Part shown: piece by piece, positions 9,292 through 18,300 of the stretch
How the letters are laid out: each line of letters begins with the position of its first letter
Position numbering within the stretch: the stretch's first letter is position 1
Origin: Candidatus Electrothrix yaqonensis
GTDB lineage: Bacteria > Desulfobacterota > Desulfobulbia > Desulfobulbales > Desulfobulbaceae
Direction: 5' to 3'
Length of the DNA stretch: 32,000 bases
NCBI GenBank assembly: GCA_047651235.1
Contig: CP178758.1
Location: 750,001-782,000, forward strand
Notes under the pieces: model-generated
Database searches by the model: none
What the model was told of the DNA's origin: nothing
Seen by the model: the letters and a program-made list of their open reading frames with translations, nothing else
Made by a program: the position numbers and the translations under genes

Positions 9292-9963
9292 GTGCATATT
9301 TCTGATCCGGCGGTCCCTCCGGACCTGCTGGCTGCTCTGCACCGGCTCAGCGTAGAGTACTGTCTGGAGGAAGGCGGCTCCCACGGCCCAGACCACAGTG
9401 AACGGGTCTTTCAGACAGCCATGAGCATGGGCCGAAAAATGAACGCCCGCCTTGATATCATCGCTCCGGCTGCCCTGCTCCACGATATCGGACGCAGGCA
9501 GGAGAGCAGCGCAAAAGGCAAGGTCTGTCATGCCGAGCAGGGGGCAAGCATGGCGGAACCGCTTCTTCTGGAGCTTGGTTATGCCGCAGCAGATCAGGCA
9601 GCTATCTGTCACTGCATCCGGGCGCACCGCTTCCGCAGTAGAACGTCTCCGGGAACCTTGGAAGCTGAAATCATCTTTGATGCCGACAAGCTGGATTCCA
9701 TCGGCGCTATCGGCATCGGGCGGGCCTTTCTCTTTGCCGGGCAGATCGGCGCCCGGCTGCACAACGCTGAGATTGATCCGGCCTGCAGCGCGCCCTATTC
9801 CACCGAAGATACGGCCTACCGGGAATTTCAGGTCAAAATGTCCAAGGTGCGGGACCAGATGCTGACCCCCATCGGCCGTCAGCTCGCGCAAAAGCGGCAT
9901 GAGTTCATGGAAGTTTTTTTTGCCGAACTGCACCGGGAAATTTACGGGTCCGAGCTTCTGTAG
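9292..9963 (+). CDS. HD-domain metal-dependent phosphohydrolase
   Basis: GTG start after a GAGAGGA RBS. H...HD motif (GPDHSERV ... LLHDIGR), then HCIRAHR and DADKLD. Confidence 0.8.
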   Translation: MHISDPAVPPDLLAALHRLSVEYCLEEGGSHGPDHSERVFQTAMSMGRKMNARLDIIAPAALLHDIGRRQESSAKGKVCHAEQGASMAEPLLLELGYAAADQAAICHCIRAHRFRSRTSPGTLEAEIIFDADKLDSIGAIGIGRAFLFAGQIGARLHNAEIDPACSAPYSTEDTAYREFQVKMSKVRDQMLTPIGRQLAQKRHEFMEVFFAELHREIYGSELL

Positions 9964-10038
9964 GCAGATTTCCCTTTTTTTCCTTTTCCGTACCCGCATA
10001 ACCGCATTTCTGCTTCCCATCCTCCAAGGGTAAAAAAT

Positions 10039-10662
10039 ATGCTGAAACTTATCATCTTCGACTGCGACGGGGTGATGTTTGACTCCCGTGAAGCCAACCG
10101 GACCTATTACAATCATATTCTCAAGACGTTCGGCTGTCCGCCCATGAACGAAGAAGAACTCGGATATGTCCATATCCATAATGTTGTTGATTCGGTCAGG
10201 TATATTTTCCGGCACCATAAGCAGATCAACATGAACGAGGTGGACAGCTTTCGGGAACAGCTCGACTACTCCGCTTTCCTCCCCTACATGACTATGGCAC
10301 CGGATCTGAAGGAATTCCTGGAGGTCATCACTCCGGACTACCACCGGGCCATTTCCACCAACCGGACCAACACCATGGATATGATTCTGGATATCTTCGG
10401 GCTGCGGGAAAATTTTGAGATGGTCATGACTGCGTCCAACGCTCCCCGCCCCAAACCTGCGCCCGATGCCCTGCACATCATCCTTAACCATTTCGGCCTG
10501 ACCGCAGATGAAGCAATCTTTATCGGGGATTCCAGCGTAGACCGGGATCACTGCGCTTCAGTGGGAATGCAGCTGATCGCCTTTGATAACCCGCAGCTTG
10601 AGGCGGCATATCATGTGAACACCTTTATGGAAATTATGGAACTGCCGCCGTTTGTCGGATAA
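10039..10662 (+). CDS. HAD-superfamily hydrolase (phosphoglycolate phosphatase-like subfamily IA)
   Basis: HAD motif I (IIFDCDGVMFDS), motif II (AISTNR), motif III/IV (KPAPD ... FIGDSSVD). Confidence 0.85.
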   Translation: MLKLIIFDCDGVMFDSREANRTYYNHILKTFGCPPMNEEELGYVHIHNVVDSVRYIFRHHKQINMNEVDSFREQLDYSAFLPYMTMAPDLKEFLEVITPDYHRAISTNRTNTMDMILDIFGLRENFEMVMTASNAPRPKPAPDALHIILNHFGLTADEAIFIGDSSVDRDHCASVGMQLIAFDNPQLEAAYHVNTFMEIMELPPFVG

Positions 10663-10768
10663 AGCCGTCCGGGAACAAAGGCTGGCTCAAGCAATCGATT
10701 ATCGCTGTTCTGGTAAGCACTTCGCGCTGACCCCGTTCCTCGGATTCCTGTTTCGCCCACCATCTTAC

Positions 10769-10845
10769 GGGGTCGTAATTCAGCTAGTCAGAATGCCAGC
10801 CTGTCACGCCGGAGGTCGCGAGTTCGAGTCTCGTCGGCCCCGCCA
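10769..10845 (+). tRNA. tRNA-Asp (anticodon GUC), CCA encoded
   Basis: Hand-folded cloverleaf. Acceptor GGGGTCG/CGGCCCC (one G-U pair). D stem ATTC/GAAT. Anticodon loop CTGTCAC. T arm GCGAG-TTCGAGT-CTCGT. Discriminator G plus CCA. 77 nt. Confidence 0.93.
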
Positions 10846-10854
10846 GGAAAAATC

Positions 10855-10892
10855 AAGGGTTTAGCGTTTTTTAACGTTAGACCCTTTTGTTA
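10855..10892 (+). terminator. rho-independent terminator after tRNA-Asp
   Basis: 14-bp stem AAGGGTTTAGCGTT / AACGTTAGACCCTT (two G-U pairs), TTTT loop, followed by TTTGTT. Confidence 0.55.
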
Positions 10893-11067
10893 TTAGTCGT
10901 ACTGTCTTCGGCTGTTGAGCAGAGTTTTTTTATAGGGACTCCTGTCGATTTTACCGAAAAGGCATTCTGTGGTAGAATAGAGTTGTTTCAAGGCAAGCCT
11001 TAACTGGTTGTTTTGGTGACTTCCGTATTTGTTCAAAAAACAACCCTCATGCTTTCAGGAGACCGCA

Positions 11068-11781
11068 ATGATTGCGAAAATAGCAACAGAAATAAAAGAA
11101 TCGGAGAATATCTACCATATTAAACCGCATATAAAAAATGCGATTATACTTACACCGATCGTTATTGTGCTGCTGCAGACGATTCTCTGGCTTTATCCTG
11201 CAACACGCTATTTAAGCATATGGATGCTGAAGGAAAATAGCCCTGTAGAACTCTTAACTTTTATGCTGCTCTTTGTGGATGGAGTTGTCGGTCTCCTGTT
11301 CGCAGCAAAGATCAAAGAATGTGGTGAGGAGAAACTCGTATATGGCTTCTATGCTTTGTTTTCCATTGGTCTGCTTTTTGTTGCTCTGGAAGAAATAGCA
11401 TGGGGGCAATGGTTGTTCGGATTTGAAACGCCTGAAATTTGGAAATCGATTAACCGTCAGAAAGAAACGACGTTGCATAATCTTGCCGGTCTGCAGGGTC
11501 ATTCCGAGATAATGCGTCTGATCTTCGGGGCAGGGGGACTGATTGGCATTCTTCTATCTTTTCATCCCGTATTCCGAAAGGTTGGAGCACCGGCACTTCT
11601 CCTGTCTTGGTTTGCAGTTATTGCTCTTCATGCATCAATAGATGTTTTGAATGATTTTGTCGCTATCCAGAAACGATTTGATTACGCAATAATGAAAACC
11701 TCAGAGCTTATTGAATTACTCATCGCAATAAGTGCTTTTTTATATATCCGGTTAAACGCGCGGAGATGGTCTTCCCGCTGA
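11068..11781 (+). CDS. hypothetical polytopic membrane protein (no family recognised)
   Basis: ATG at 11068 is preceded by an AGGAG RBS; the track start at 11029 is a TTG without an RBS. About six hydrophobic segments. The gene is AT-richer than its neighbours by eye. Confidence 0.55.
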   Translation: MIAKIATEIKESENIYHIKPHIKNAIILTPIVIVLLQTILWLYPATRYLSIWMLKENSPVELLTFMLLFVDGVVGLLFAAKIKECGEEKLVYGFYALFSIGLLFVALEEIAWGQWLFGFETPEIWKSINRQKETTLHNLAGLQGHSEIMRLIFGAGGLIGILLSFHPVFRKVGAPALLLSWFAVIALHASIDVLNDFVAIQKRFDYAIMKTSELIELLIAISAFLYIRLNARRWSSR

Positions 11782-12201
11782 ACCTTTCTGTTTGATAACG
11801 ATCGTTTTCCTTGAACAGCCTCCAGCAGCCATCGCGGCTGGATATTGGATATTTCTTCTTTCCGTACAGATAGTTGTCAGCTGCTTGCCGGATTACTGGT
11901 TGGGCTGCTGCCAGCATCTGTATGGTTTCCTGATTATCTTCCCATCTGTCTGAAACCGTCATCAGAAACGTCCGTTTCTTTCCACCTTTCTGCCGAAGCC
12001 CTCCGTCCGCAACATGTCGTCCGTATAAATGGGAGTAAATATTATTATCCCGGCCCATTAATGTAGACTGAAATTTTTGGGCAGGCTTTTCGATAATATG
12101 GGTGACTGTATCTTAATATCGTCTTTTCAGTTGGTTAGCCCGCAGGTGATGTACAGAAGGGAGGAGAGAGTAAATTAATCGAAAAAAAAGGGTGATTATG
12201 T

Positions 12202-12230
12202 TTGACAAAAAGGCTGTAATTTATTTAAAT
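12202..12230 (+). promoter_or_regulatory. candidate sigma70-type promoter (TTGACA - 17 nt - TTAAAT) upstream of the chemosensory operon
   Basis: Hexamers at 12202-12207 and 12225-12230 in an AT-rich intergenic region, ~190 nt upstream of the ATG at 12417. Confidence 0.25.
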
Positions 12231-12416
12231 TTGGTTTCATTTCTTACAAAGAGCATCTGATGGATCTCTTCCCCGGATGCGATACGCAACATTGCGTCAT
12301 GGTCGGGAAGTATATATCGCCCGTGTTGCACATCCGCTGGTAGAACAGAACGCATGTTTTTTCATGTAACGACATGGTATTGTTGATGAAGCATACAAAA
12401 GCCTAAGAGCTGTTCG

Positions 12417-14255
12417 ATGAAGAAAGTATTGCTGGTCGATGATGATGAGATGATCCATGAGATCGTTGATTCAACACTGAGTAAGTATGACAAGATTTTT
12501 AAGATTGTCCACGCATTTGATATCAAGAAGGCGATCAGGCTTCTGGAGCGGGGCGATATTTCACTCGTCATCACCGATCTTGTCATGCCGGGCGGAGACG
12601 GGTTTCAGCTCCTCTCCTATCTGCAGAAGAAACATGCCGGTATGCCCAGTATTGTTATCACCTCCTACGAACTCCCGAACCTGAAAACAAAGCTGCTGGA
12701 CAAAGTCTTCCAGGTTTTTAAAAAACCCCTTGCTTCCGAGGAGCTGGCGGACGCGATTATCCGGGCCCTGAAAACCACCAAGAAGAAAGGAGATTTGGGT
12801 AAGTTTTCCGTGGTCGGCATTGTTCAGCTCATGGAAACCGAAGAGACCACCTGCCGTCTTGATGTACATAATTGCGGCGAGCATCAGGACATTGAACATT
12901 GTATTGAGAATAGTTGCCCGGAATATAAAGGCAGTCTCTATCTGATAGAGGGGAAAATTTATGATGCTGTCTGCGGCAAGCTGGTCGGCGAGGATGCTGT
13001 TCTTAAGCTGCTGAGCATGGAGGGCGTGCAGGTCAGCAGCTGCACATTGAAGACAGAAGTTATCAGAAGGGTCCATAAAAGCAATCAGAATCTGCTCATC
13101 AATGCCATGATCCAGAAGGATCAGAACTGTGAAGATGAGGAGGTTGAGCCGATGCCGCCGCGCCAAGAACTGCTGGATGAAGGGATCATGCTCTGTGAAC
13201 GGTTTGAACTGGGCCGGGCGCAGAAGGCTCTTATGTCCTTTGTCCGGGATAACCGGCAGAACGGGTCGGGCTGGCTCTGGCTTTCACGTTCCCTGACCGA
13301 AGTACCGAAGATCAAGAAAGCGCTCAGTGAAGCATATAAATATTCTCCGCAGGATGCAGCTGTACTTGAAGATGTGGAAAAGATGCGCCGGTTCGGTGGT
13401 ACCGGAAAAGTTGCCCGCTGTCCCTTCTGTTATGCTCCCCAGGAAGCAGATGCTGTGTTATGCGGGTACTGCAGGGCAAACGCGCAGCCTGACTCTTCAA
13501 CTCTGGGGCAGATTAATCCTTTATCAGTGGACCGCAAAGTACTGCTCCGGGCTACTGATCGTTTTGATCGGGTACTGGCAGCCGAGGTGAATCCGAGAAT
13601 TCTCTTTTATGCCGGTACAGCATATCTTAATCTGAATGATTTTGACAAGGCATTGACCTATTTTGATCTCCTGCAGCCCATTGTCCGGGTTGATCCCCTC
13701 TACCAGAAGGTTGCCGGTCAGGTCAGTGAAATTATAGATTACATAGCCTCTGGCCAGGGAGGTGAGTCCGCCGGAACAGAAAAGAACAACCAGCAGGAGA
13801 AAAAAGCGGGAAAGCTGATTGCCAACCGGACAGCCAGTAAGACCGTACTGGTTGTGGAGGACAGTCCGACAACAAGAAAAGTTGTCAAGATGACGCTGAC
13901 CAACGGTGATTTTCGGGTTATTGAGGCGTCAGACGGGGTGGAGGCGCTGAGCAAACTGAATGACGAGCGGCCGGATCTGGTGCTGCTGGATATCATGCTG
14001 CCCAAAATTGACGGCTACAAGGTGCTTTCCATCCTGAAGAAAAATCAGGATACAAAAGATATTCCTGTGGTCATGCTGACCAGCAAGAACAGAATCATCG
14101 ATAAGGTAAAAGGCCGTCTTTCTGCGGCCAGCGCTTATCTTACCAAACCGTTCAAACCGGCGGAACTTATTAGTATGGTTGATTCAATCATCAACAGGGA
14201 ACCGGTCGGGGCGGAACGGCTGGCTGAGCAGAGCAAAGACCCGCTGCCCGACTGA
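12417..14255 (+). CDS. dual-receiver response regulator: REC - PATAN/DUF4388 - zinc ribbon - TPR-like - REC
   Basis: REC1 spans aa 1-120 (DDD, VITD54LVMPG, ITSY, FKKP). A DUF4388/PATAN-like block spans aa ~125-215 (GDLGKFSVVGIVQLME...GSLYLIEGKIYDA...GEDAVLKLL). CPFC-x13-CGYC ribbon at aa 335-352. TPR-like helices follow. REC2 spans aa 476-595 (VVEDS, LLD525IMLP, LTSK, LTKPF). Confidence 0.85.
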   Translation: MKKVLLVDDDEMIHEIVDSTLSKYDKIFKIVHAFDIKKAIRLLERGDISLVITDLVMPGGDGFQLLSYLQKKHAGMPSIVITSYELPNLKTKLLDKVFQVFKKPLASEELADAIIRALKTTKKKGDLGKFSVVGIVQLMETEETTCRLDVHNCGEHQDIEHCIENSCPEYKGSLYLIEGKIYDAVCGKLVGEDAVLKLLSMEGVQVSSCTLKTEVIRRVHKSNQNLLINAMIQKDQNCEDEEVEPMPPRQELLDEGIMLCERFELGRAQKALMSFVRDNRQNGSGWLWLSRSLTEVPKIKKALSEAYKYSPQDAAVLEDVEKMRRFGGTGKVARCPFCYAPQEADAVLCGYCRANAQPDSSTLGQINPLSVDRKVLLRATDRFDRVLAAEVNPRILFYAGTAYLNLNDFDKALTYFDLLQPIVRVDPLYQKVAGQVSEIIDYIASGQGGESAGTEKNNQQEKKAGKLIANRTASKTVLVVEDSPTTRKVVKMTLTNGDFRVIEASDGVEALSKLNDERPDLVLLDIMLPKIDGYKVLSILKKNQDTKDIPVVMLTSKNRIIDKVKGRLSAASAYLTKPFKPAELISMVDSIINREPVGAERLAEQSKDPLPD

Positions 14256-14363
14256 AGAGCGCTTACTGTTCTGGCAGCTGTTGCTGAATATTTCAGGCCT
14301 GCATTACCCTGCCTGCGGGCGGGATATTTGTTTTTGAATGATAACTACGTATAAGGAAAGAGT

Positions 14364-14732
14364 ATGTCTGCAAAAAAGATTCTGATTGTTGATGACAGTC
14401 CTACCGAGCTGAAGCTGATAACCGAGGTTTTCAGTACGCCGGAGTATGCTATTGTCACAGCAACTGATGGTGAAGCCGGAGTGGCGAAGGCCATGTCGGA
14501 GCAGCCGGAACTGATTGTGCTTGATGTTGTTATGCCGAAAATGAATGGATTTCAGGCGTGCAGAAAAATCAAGTCCACCCCTGAACTCAAGGATACCCCG
14601 GTTATCCTGCTGACCAGCAAAAACCAGAAATCAGATGAATTCTGGGGAAAAAAACAGGGCGCTGATGTCTATCTGACCAAGCCCTTTGATGCTGATGAGC
14701 TGCTGGCAGCTGCCAACGGCCTTCTTTCCTGA
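14364..14732 (+). CDS. cheY: single-domain CheY-like response regulator
   Basis: 122 aa, consisting of a REC domain only (IVDDS, VLDVVMPKMNG, LTSK, LTKPF). Confidence 0.9.
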   Translation: MSAKKILIVDDSPTELKLITEVFSTPEYAIVTATDGEAGVAKAMSEQPELIVLDVVMPKMNGFQACRKIKSTPELKDTPVILLTSKNQKSDEFWGKKQGADVYLTKPFDADELLAAANGLLS

Positions 14733-14756
14733 TTTTTTTCCGGCGGGCTTTTTCAG

Positions 14757-15368
14757 ATGATCCGGCGTGATGTGAGCGACACTCTTGTTTTCTCTCCTGA
14801 TCTGGCAGCGCTGCTGACAACGATCGACAGGGAGGTCGCCGAGGCAATGCAGGCCCAGGGACCCGGCCCGACAGCAGCCGCTGACGATGAACGCAGGGAA
14901 ATCGGCAGGCATATCTGCTTCAGCCTTGCTGGTACCCAACTGGCTGTACCGTTGGCGCTCGTGACGGAAGCCGGGGAGCTGGAGCAGGTTCAGCCTCTGC
15001 CGTTTCTGCCCGCATGGGTGAAAGGCGTGACCAATCTGCGCGGCGAAATCGTTTCTGTTACCGATCTGGCCGCATTTTTTGGTCTTTCTGTGCCCGGAAC
15101 AAGAAGAAAACGGATGTTTATCGTGCTGCATAACAGCGATGGGATGAAAACAGCCATGCTGGTGGACCGGATTACCGGAACCCGTCTGCTGTACAGCGCA
15201 GAGGACAGCGACAGCGGAGTAAAGACGCTGAAGACACAGGCTGCAGCATCCGACCGATCTGTTCCGGCAGAATTTATGGCAGGATCGGCTGTTTTTCTTG
15301 CTGATGAGGACGTGGAAGACATCGGGCTTCTTGACGGAGAGCGGCTGCTTTCAGCTCTGCAGATATGA
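14757..15368 (+). CDS. cheW: CheW-like coupling protein
   Basis: CheW-domain pattern (ICFSLAGTQLAVPLALVTE...PLPFLPAWVKGVTNLRGEIVSVTDLAAFFGL...FIVL...AMLVDRITG). Its stop overlaps the CheA start (ATGA at 15365-15368). Confidence 0.8.
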   Translation: MIRRDVSDTLVFSPDLAALLTTIDREVAEAMQAQGPGPTAAADDERREIGRHICFSLAGTQLAVPLALVTEAGELEQVQPLPFLPAWVKGVTNLRGEIVSVTDLAAFFGLSVPGTRRKRMFIVLHNSDGMKTAMLVDRITGTRLLYSAEDSDSGVKTLKTQAAASDRSVPAEFMAGSAVFLADEDVEDIGLLDGERLLSALQI

Positions 15369-18300
15369 CGACGGAGACAATGAGAAATCCGGTCAGTGAC
15401 ATTGTAGACAGCTTCCTGGAGGAAGTGGAAGGCTATCTCCCGGATATGCGCCGCTGTCTTCAGAGCCTGCAGCAGAATCGGCAGCACAGGCAGGCTCTTG
15501 CAGAATTCCACCGCATTGCCCATACGATCAAAGGGGCGGCTGCTATGGTCGGGCTTGATGATTTGAGCGGTATCGGTGAGCTGCTGGAAAAGGTCATGGA
15601 AAATGTCCTTGCCTCTGCCCTGTCGCTGGACGATGAGCTGCTCACGCTGCTGGAAGAGGCCACGGGCCATATTGAGCGCTATTGTATGGCGCAGCGGGAA
15701 GGGGACACCGACCCGGGGCTGTTGCCTCAGGAGATAGAAGAGGAATTCCGTAAAAAACTCGGTGATTTGCCGTCTGAGCCGGATGAGAACATACTTGAAA
15801 TAGTTCTGGCGGCAGGAAGAGAGGGCGCGGAGCAGTCTTTTCTTTTTGAGGAAACAGAGGAGGCAGGGCACTCCGACACGGAGACCGAGGATCTGTTTTT
15901 TCCGGATGAGGAGGGGCTTCCGGTTGCTGCCGATGATGATCTTTTTCTGTCTGATGAGATAACAGAGGAGACAACAGAGGAGACAACAGAGGATACACCG
16001 GAAGCAGGTAACGATTATGCAGGAGAGGACACCGGGGCTTCTGCTGTTGACCCGGAACTTCTGCAGTGCTTTGCCGAGGAAACGGACGAGGAGCTGGGAA
16101 ATATCGACAGATTCCTGCATACTCTTGCCGATGCTGTTTCTGCCAGTTCTGACGGCAAGATTGCGCTGTCCGGTTCCAATCAGGAAAATCTGCATTCCGT
16201 GCGCCGTTCTGTCCATACCCTGAAGGGCGCGGCTGCGGTTATAGGTATTGATCCGGTCGCTGCCTGGGGCCATGATTTTGAAGATTTTCTTGACTGGCTG
16301 CATGATGAGGCCCAAGCGGTGGATGCGGAAACCGTGGCTGCCGTCCAGGAAGGCGCGGATCTGCTGGCAAAACTTGCCGAAGAACCAACCTGTCCTGTTG
16401 CAGAGGAAAAACAGCGGCTCACGGCATGGTTTGCACGCCTTACTGCGGCCGGATCTGATCGGGCCGGAGCAGGGGGAGAGTCAGGGTCTGCTGCAGAGGC
16501 TGATCCGGTCGCTGATTTGTTTGGTGGTGCCGGGGAATCTCTTATTTCGGACGATGCTGATGGCGGGCTTTTTGGCGACGTTTCCGATGATTCTTCCGGA
16601 GATGCGGCAGACGAACTGCTGTTTCCTTCAGATGATTCTTTGGATGATCGGACAGGTGCGCCGGAAGATACCGCAGCAGAAGAGGCGATTGATCCGGAAC
16701 TGCTGGAATGCTTCCATGAGGAGGCGGAAGAGCATCTGGAAGATATCGACAAACAGCTGAAAGAGCTGTCCGCTGTTGTCAGCGGGCCGGTGGAGATTTC
16801 TGATTCTCTGCGCAGCATGCTGCATTTGCTCCGACGTTCCGTACATACGCTGAAAGGCGCGGCTGCAGTGATCGGTATTGATTCCATTGCTGCCTGGGGA
16901 CGCGAGGTCGAAGATTTTCTTGACTGGCTGCATGACGAGGCCGGGAGCTTGGAGCCGGAAACTCTGGTGCTGGTCCGGCAGGGAACAGATCTGCTGGTCC
17001 GGCTTACCGGCAATCCTGCCTGCTCAATTGAGCAGGAAAAAGCAGCCTTGGCTGCCCGGTTTGGAGAGATAACTGCGGCTGCCGGAGATACTGCATCCGG
17101 GAGGGACAATGCGTCTGCGTTTGAAGAAGATGAAGCAGACGGGGCAGATGAAGAAGAGGCGCCTGAAGACGAGACCGGTCACAGAGGTGCTGGTACTGAC
17201 AAAGAACTTTCTGCTCTGTTCGGAGATGAAGAGGAGCTGACAGATGATACCGGGGACAGCTTTTTTGATGAGCTGTCCTCAGCTGATACTGATTCTGACA
17301 GCGATGATCTTTTCAGCCCTGCTGCACGTGATATTCCGGAGACATTGCCGCAGGAGCCGGTTGCGCAGGCGCAGGATACCGGAGCTACTGGAGTCGATGC
17401 TGTTGATCCGGAACTGCTGGAGTGCTTCCATGAAGAGGCGGAGGAGCATCTGCAGAATATCGACAGACAGCTCAATCATCTCGGTATGACTGTTTCCGGT
17501 CAGGTCCGGCTTTCTGACCGCAGACGGGCTCCTCTCCACTCTGTCCGGCGTTCCGTGCATACGGTCAAGGGTGCTTCCGCTGTGATCGGCATTGACCGGA
17601 TTGCTGCTTGGGGGCATGAGTTTGAAGATTTTCTTGACTGGCTGCATGATGACGCCCGGTTCATCAGTCCGGAAACCGTATCGGCCATGCTGGACGGTGG
17701 GGATATTCTTGCCCGGCTTGTTGAAGATCCTTCCTATCCGGCTGCAGAAGAACAGGAAGCAGCAAGGGCGCAGTTCCGGGAGGTTATTGCGGCGGATACC
17801 GGTGAATCTGGACCGCATGGAGCAGATGAACCGGCCGGACCGATCCGAGAGGCAGCTCCGGAAAATATTTTGAAAGATGTTGCCGTACAGAATGAGAAGG
17901 TACGGCAGGGACAGGAAGATGCTGCGGAAGTAGAGACCGGAAGCGCGGCAGAGGAAGAGGCTCCAGCTGGACAGCCTGCGGAATCTACCGAATCCCCGTC
18001 TCCGGCTGCTCCTGCCCAGCAGAAGAGCAGCAGAAAAATTGCCACTCTGCGCGTGGATGTCGATAAGGTTGACCAGATGGTCGGCCTGAGCGGTGACATG
18101 GTCATCAACCTGAGCAGTTTTGAGGGGTCCATGTCTGCCATGTCCGGGACCATGAAGGAACTGGACATGATCCTGCAGCGCCTGAAAAACATCAATTCCA
18201 GCCTGGAAGCGGGTTATGAGCTGGCCTCGATTCCGCATCTCAGGGGTGCAGCTGAGGCTGACAGCACAGATATAACGGAAGATTTTGATCCGCTAGAGAT

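Noticed and set aside
9250-10551. 433-aa minus-strand ORF, the longest minus-strand ORF in this part of the window
   Set aside because: It lies entirely antisense to the HD and HAD genes, both of which have clear catalytic motifs and RBSs. Its own sequence is Gly/Arg/Pro/Val-rich with no recognisable domain. It is a shadow ORF of GC-biased third positions.
10846-12416. Direct repeat of the tRNA-Asp 3' end that would define an att site
   Set aside because: I scanned by eye for the terminal GAGTCTCGTCGGCCCCGCCA segment or long parts of it downstream and found none. The island hypothesis therefore stays weak, and a computational search is needed.
14273-14286. Sigma54-like TGGCAG...TTGC upstream of cheY
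   Set aside because: The GG and GC elements are separated by only 3 nt after TGGCAG instead of the 5 nt required by the TGGCAC-N5-TTGC consensus.
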